From an uncultured Spirochaetales bacterium (GTDB taxonomy: Bacteria > Spirochaetota > Spirochaetia > CAZWAS01): a stretch of DNA of 44,111 bases. Shown here in pieces: positions 41,210-44,111 of the stretch (its first letter is position 1; the number at the start of each line of letters is the position of its first letter). Both the position numbers and the translations under genes were made by a program. The stretch is taken from positions 1 to 44,111 of the forward strand of contig CAZWAS010000016.1 in the NCBI GenBank assembly GCA_964631915.1. The letters run 5' to 3'. Below the pieces are notes generated by a model. The model saw nothing but the letters and a program-made list of their open reading frames with translations. It was not told the DNA's origin and ran no database searches.

Positions 41210-42394
41210 ATGGCAGTGAATCTTAAAACCGAATTCTGCGGTCTATCGTTCAAGAATCCTATCATCGTCCCTGCAGGAGTGCACGGAAGGGACGGGAAGA
41301 CTATCAAAACGGTGAGCGAATCCGGAGTTGCAGGCATCTGCACCAAGACGATCGTGTCCCAGCCTGCGCCCGACGTTTTGCCTTGTTTTCAGGCAGTGAA
41401 ATCCGGGATGATCAATTCGGTATTCGGCTCGGACAAACCTTCTCAATATTGGTTCGAGGAAGGCATAAAACAGGCAAAGGAAGGCGATGCACTGGTCATC
41501 GCGAACCTTGCGGGGTTTTTCCCTGAAGAAGCAGCGGAGCTTGCGCTGAAGGCTGCCAATGCCGGAGCGGATATGATCGAGGTTCCCACCCATTGCCCGC
41601 ATATGGGAGAAATTCTCATGGCTATGTTCCCCGGCCTCTCTATGCCGGAACCGAAACTGACAGATCTTGAACCCATGAAGCGTTCCGTGAAGCTCATTAA
41701 ACAGGCAGTGAAGATTCCCGTCGTCATAAAACTTTCAGGAACTTTCTCGCATATTGTCAGGGAATGGGCGATCGGAGTGAAGGAATCGGGTGCAGACGGC
41801 ATAGCGTGCTCGGATGCTTTGGGGCCTGCTCTTTCCATCGATATCCGCACCGGAGAGCCGAAGCTCGGAGGCCCCAGAGGCGTCGGAGGCCTTACCGGCC
41901 CTGCAATCATGCCCATAACGCTTAGGATGGTGCTAGACATAGCTCTGGCAATCGATCTGCCCATCGTAGGCGTAGGGGGAGTAAGCACTGCAGCGGATGT
42001 AGTCGAATACCTCATGGCCGGCGCCACGCTTGTCGGTGTGTGCACAGCAGGCCATATGAAGGGCATCGAACAGTACGGTAAGATCATCCGCGATCTCGAG
42101 AAACTCCTCGGAGAATTGGGAGCTTCGAGCCCGGCCGATGTCCGGGGGCTTGCGCTGAAACGGATCCGTGGACGGAAGGAGCGGGGTTTAGTTGCCGTCA
42201 CGAAACCTATAGTCCCTGACATCGACAGGGATCTCTGCACCTCATGCGGCCGATGTCAAGAAGTATGCGCGTACGATGCAGCTCGAGTGGATGGAAAAAA
42301 TAAAGCATATATTATAGCTGAAAACTGCATCGGATGCGGCCTTTGCGTAAGCGTTTGTCCTACCAGAGCCATGACACAGGAATACTATCGTTGA
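41210..42394 (+). CDS. Dihydroorotate/dihydropyrimidine dehydrogenase-family flavoprotein (PreA-like) with a C-terminal 2x[4Fe-4S] domain
   Basis: LSFKNPIIVPAG, the active-site-loop analogue THCPHMGE, GVGGVSTAADV, and C-terminal CTSCGRCQEVC and CIGCGLCVSVCP. Confidence 0.8.
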   Translation: MAVNLKTEFCGLSFKNPIIVPAGVHGRDGKTIKTVSESGVAGICTKTIVSQPAPDVLPCFQAVKSGMINSVFGSDKPSQYWFEEGIKQAKEGDALVIANLAGFFPEEAAELALKAANAGADMIEVPTHCPHMGEILMAMFPGLSMPEPKLTDLEPMKRSVKLIKQAVKIPVVIKLSGTFSHIVREWAIGVKESGADGIACSDALGPALSIDIRTGEPKLGGPRGVGGLTGPAIMPITLRMVLDIALAIDLPIVGVGGVSTAADVVEYLMAGATLVGVCTAGHMKGIEQYGKIIRDLEKLLGELGASSPADVRGLALKRIRGRKERGLVAVTKPIVPDIDRDLCTSCGRCQEVCAYDAARVDGKNKAYIIAENCIGCGLCVSVCPTRAMTQEYYR

Positions 42395-42606
42395 TTTTTC
42401 GCATGCGGTTGTCATTGATGTCCGATCTTTGACATAACGGTTCTTGAAAGCATCGCTTTGTATTATTAATAAGTTTGTCTATATCAACTTATGATGTATC
42501 GGAATCGGGTGGTACGGCGGCATATCGAGAGAAAAGCGGCGGTACTTCCCCGGCACGCATACCGGTTCTTTTCCGTATTTATTCTGCAATCGCTAAAAGG
42601 GGTTAT

Positions 42607-42939
42607 ATGAAAAATTTTGCAAGTACTCGTACTGAGAAAGCGGTCGAAAAACCTGATGGCATATTCAGGACTACGCTCACCTATGAAGAAAGTGTCATGA
42701 TGTGTCATTTTTCCATGAAGCGGGATTCGGTGATCCCCCTTCACAATCATCCTGCAGTGCAGATCGGGTTTGTCGTGAAAGGCAGGATCGAATTCAAACG
42801 CGGCGATGATTCGCATGTGTTCGTCGCAGAGCAAGGGGACAGCTATCTTTTCGGTCCGAACGAATATCACGGCGCGCGCGCCCTCATCGACTCCGAAGCT
42901 GTCGAGTGTTTCGCTCCGATGCGTAAGGAGTATGTGTGA
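42607..42939 (+). CDS. Cupin-domain protein (110 aa)
   Basis: IPLHNHPAVQIGFVVKG and GPNEYHG cupin motifs. Start at ATG 42607 (AAAAGGGG upstream) rather than track start 42475. Confidence 0.65.
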   Translation: MKNFASTRTEKAVEKPDGIFRTTLTYEESVMMCHFSMKRDSVIPLHNHPAVQIGFVVKGRIEFKRGDDSHVFVAEQGDSYLFGPNEYHGARALIDSEAVECFAPMRKEYV

Positions 42940-42973
42940 ATCACAATTCGTACACAATGGCTTGAAGAAAAAA

Positions 42974-43020
42974 TTGACAAAAAAAAGAATCGGGGGTTAT
43001 ACTGGTATAGTGGTCAGGCC
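42974..43020 (+). promoter_or_regulatory. Promoter of the Ldh2-family gene plus shared operator motif (site 3)
   Basis: A-tract, TTGACA (42974-42979), 18 nt, TATACT (42998-43003), 7 nt, TGGTCAGGCC (43011-43020). Confidence 0.6.
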
Positions 43021-43090
43021 GGTTCAGGCGTAACGCGATATCCGCTTTACGGAAACATGCGGGGCAGCGGTGCTGCCGTGAGGAGGTACA

Positions 43091-44111
43091 ATGGAAACCA
43101 CAGCAAAAATGGTTCGTCCCGAAAAGCTCATTGATTTCTGTTCTCAAATACTTGTGAAGCTGGGACTTTCAAAGGCGGATGCGGATATCACTGCTTCGCT
43201 GATAGTTTCTGCGGACATACGCGGAATCGATTCGCACGGGGTCGCTCATTTTTCGCAATTCTATGTTGCGAGGATTCAGAAAGGCCTCATCAATCTGAGA
43301 CCCGATCTGAAGGTCCACAGCAGAGTGATGACGAGCGCCGTCATCGACGGGGATAACGGCATCGGTTTCGTCATCGGACACAGAGCCATGCAGGATGCGA
43401 TCGACAGAGCCAGGAAGACGGGTGTCGGACTCGTGGCGGTGAGGAACAGTACGCACTTCGGAGCCTGCGCTGCATACTCGTTGATGGCTGTTCCCGAAGG
43501 GATGATAGGAATCGCCATGTCTTCGACCGGTCCTATCGTGGTTCCTCCGGGAAGCAAGGCGCGCGGAATCGGAACAAATCCCTTAAGCATAGCGGTACCG
43601 ACCGGCAAGGAATATCCGTTCGTGCTGGACATGGCCACATCGGCTGTAGCAGGTGGAAAAATTTCGGAAGCGATGCGGAGAGGGATGCAGCTGCCCGAAG
43701 GATGGGCCGTTGACAAAGAAGGCAAACCGACCACCGATCCTCTTGCGGTGTTCAAGGGTGGAGGCGGATTGTTGCCCTTGGGCAGTTTCCCCCATCTCGG
43801 CAGTTTCAAAGGGTTCGGACTCGGCATAGCCGTGGAAATATTCTGCAACATACTCTCAGGCGCTATGGCAGCACTTCTCTTGCCGGTCAAGCCCGGAGCC
43901 GAAGGCAACCGCTGCGATCATTTTTTCGGGGCAGTCAGCATAGACGGGTTCATGGATTTTGCGGAGTTCAAACAGAAAATGAACGAACTCATAGACGCGT
44001 ATCACAATCTGCCCGCTTCGGAGGGAAGTTCCGGAGTAAAACTCGCCGGCGAGGTGGAATGGGAGGTCGAGAAAAAACGCAGGACTGAAGGCATTCCGCT
44101 TCATGGAAAAG
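43091..44111 (+). CDS. Ldh2-family (malate/L-lactate dehydrogenase type 2; AllD/ComC/DpkA-like) oxidoreductase, 3'-truncated at the contig end
   Basis: Not in the ORF track because no stop is reached. AGGAGG lies 4 nt before ATG 43091. Translation: METTAKMVRPEKL...ADIRGIDSHGV...VRNSTHFGA...GTNPLSIAVP...GGGLLPLG..KGFGLG, a typical Ldh2-family pattern. Confidence 0.75.
   Translation, partial: METTAKMVRPEKLIDFCSQILVKLGLSKADADITASLIVSADIRGIDSHGVAHFSQFYVARIQKGLINLRPDLKVHSRVMTSAVIDGDNGIGFVIGHRAMQDAIDRARKTGVGLVAVRNSTHFGACAAYSLMAVPEGMIGIAMSSTGPIVVPPGSKARGIGTNPLSIAVPTGKEYPFVLDMATSAVAGGKISEAMRRGMQLPEGWAVDKEGKPTTDPLAVFKGGGGLLPLGSFPHLGSFKGFGLGIAVEIFCNILSGAMAALLLPVKPGAEGNRCDHFFGAVSIDGFMDFAEFKQKMNELIDAYHNLPASEGSSGVKLAGEVEWEVEKKRRTEGIPLHGK

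Noticed and set aside
42429-42492. Possible promoter (TTGACA 42429-42434) and 7-bp inverted repeat ATAAGTT/AACTTAT (42469-42492) upstream of the cupin gene
   Set aside because: No acceptable -10 lies at 16-18 nt from the -35, and the AT-rich repeat is short. It is too weak to call.
1-44111. CRISPR arrays, tRNA/rRNA genes, transposases/integrases, phage or defence-system genes, long direct repeats
   Set aside because: None was recognised on either strand. The only repeated element found is the 10-nt operator-like motif.

Overview
This is a 44.1-kb contig fragment from an anaerobic bacterium that uses selenocysteine. The taxon cannot be determined from the sequence alone. I saw no rRNA, tRNA, CRISPR, transposase/integrase or recognisable defence genes. 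Contents from left to right:

1. nt 1-30 are an adapter-derived foldback, not genome. They are followed by a 2-oxoacid dehydrogenase operon (E1 alpha truncated at the contig edge, E1 beta, E2, E3).
2. A compact same-strand cluster runs from 5.1 to 9.2 kb. It holds a MarR regulator, an ArsM-like methyltransferase, an unannotated 31-aa Cys-rich peptide, a terminator hairpin, a radical-SAM/SPASM enzyme, a thioredoxin-TrxR fusion and a 54-aa protein with a CC pair. This looks like an uncharacterised RiPP-like or thiol-peptide system.
3. A DUF485 protein plus a Na+/solute symporter that carries a large loop insertion.
4. An orphan minus-strand gene, then a histidine phosphatase / SDR / mocA operon.
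5. A catabolic island runs from about 14.1 kb to the contig end, and three of its promoters share one operator-like motif. It has carbamate kinase and a class-III aminotransferase on the minus strand, followed by about 25.6 kb of 20 tightly packed plus-strand genes. In order these are a GntR/FCD regulator, a DapA-family lyase, hydantoinase/oxoprolinase HyuA and HyuB, an opine-dehydrogenase-family enzyme and an atypical carbamoyltransferase. Next come a fused transketolase, a complete Grd-type selenoprotein reductase set (GrdB-like and GrdA each with an in-frame UGA, GrdE-like, an atypical TrxR, Trx, and a fused GrdC-GrdD), then a ferredoxin and a tungsten-type AOR. The run ends with a three-subunit Mo hydroxylase, an SsnA/MtaD-like amidohydrolase and a PreA/DPD-like flavoenzyme. 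A cupin and an Ldh2-family dehydrogenase follow, the latter truncated at the contig end.

The two candidates for novelty are the Grd-linked island, whose substrate is unknown, and the peptide/rSAM-SPASM cluster. All functional calls rest on motif recognition by eye. No database search was run.
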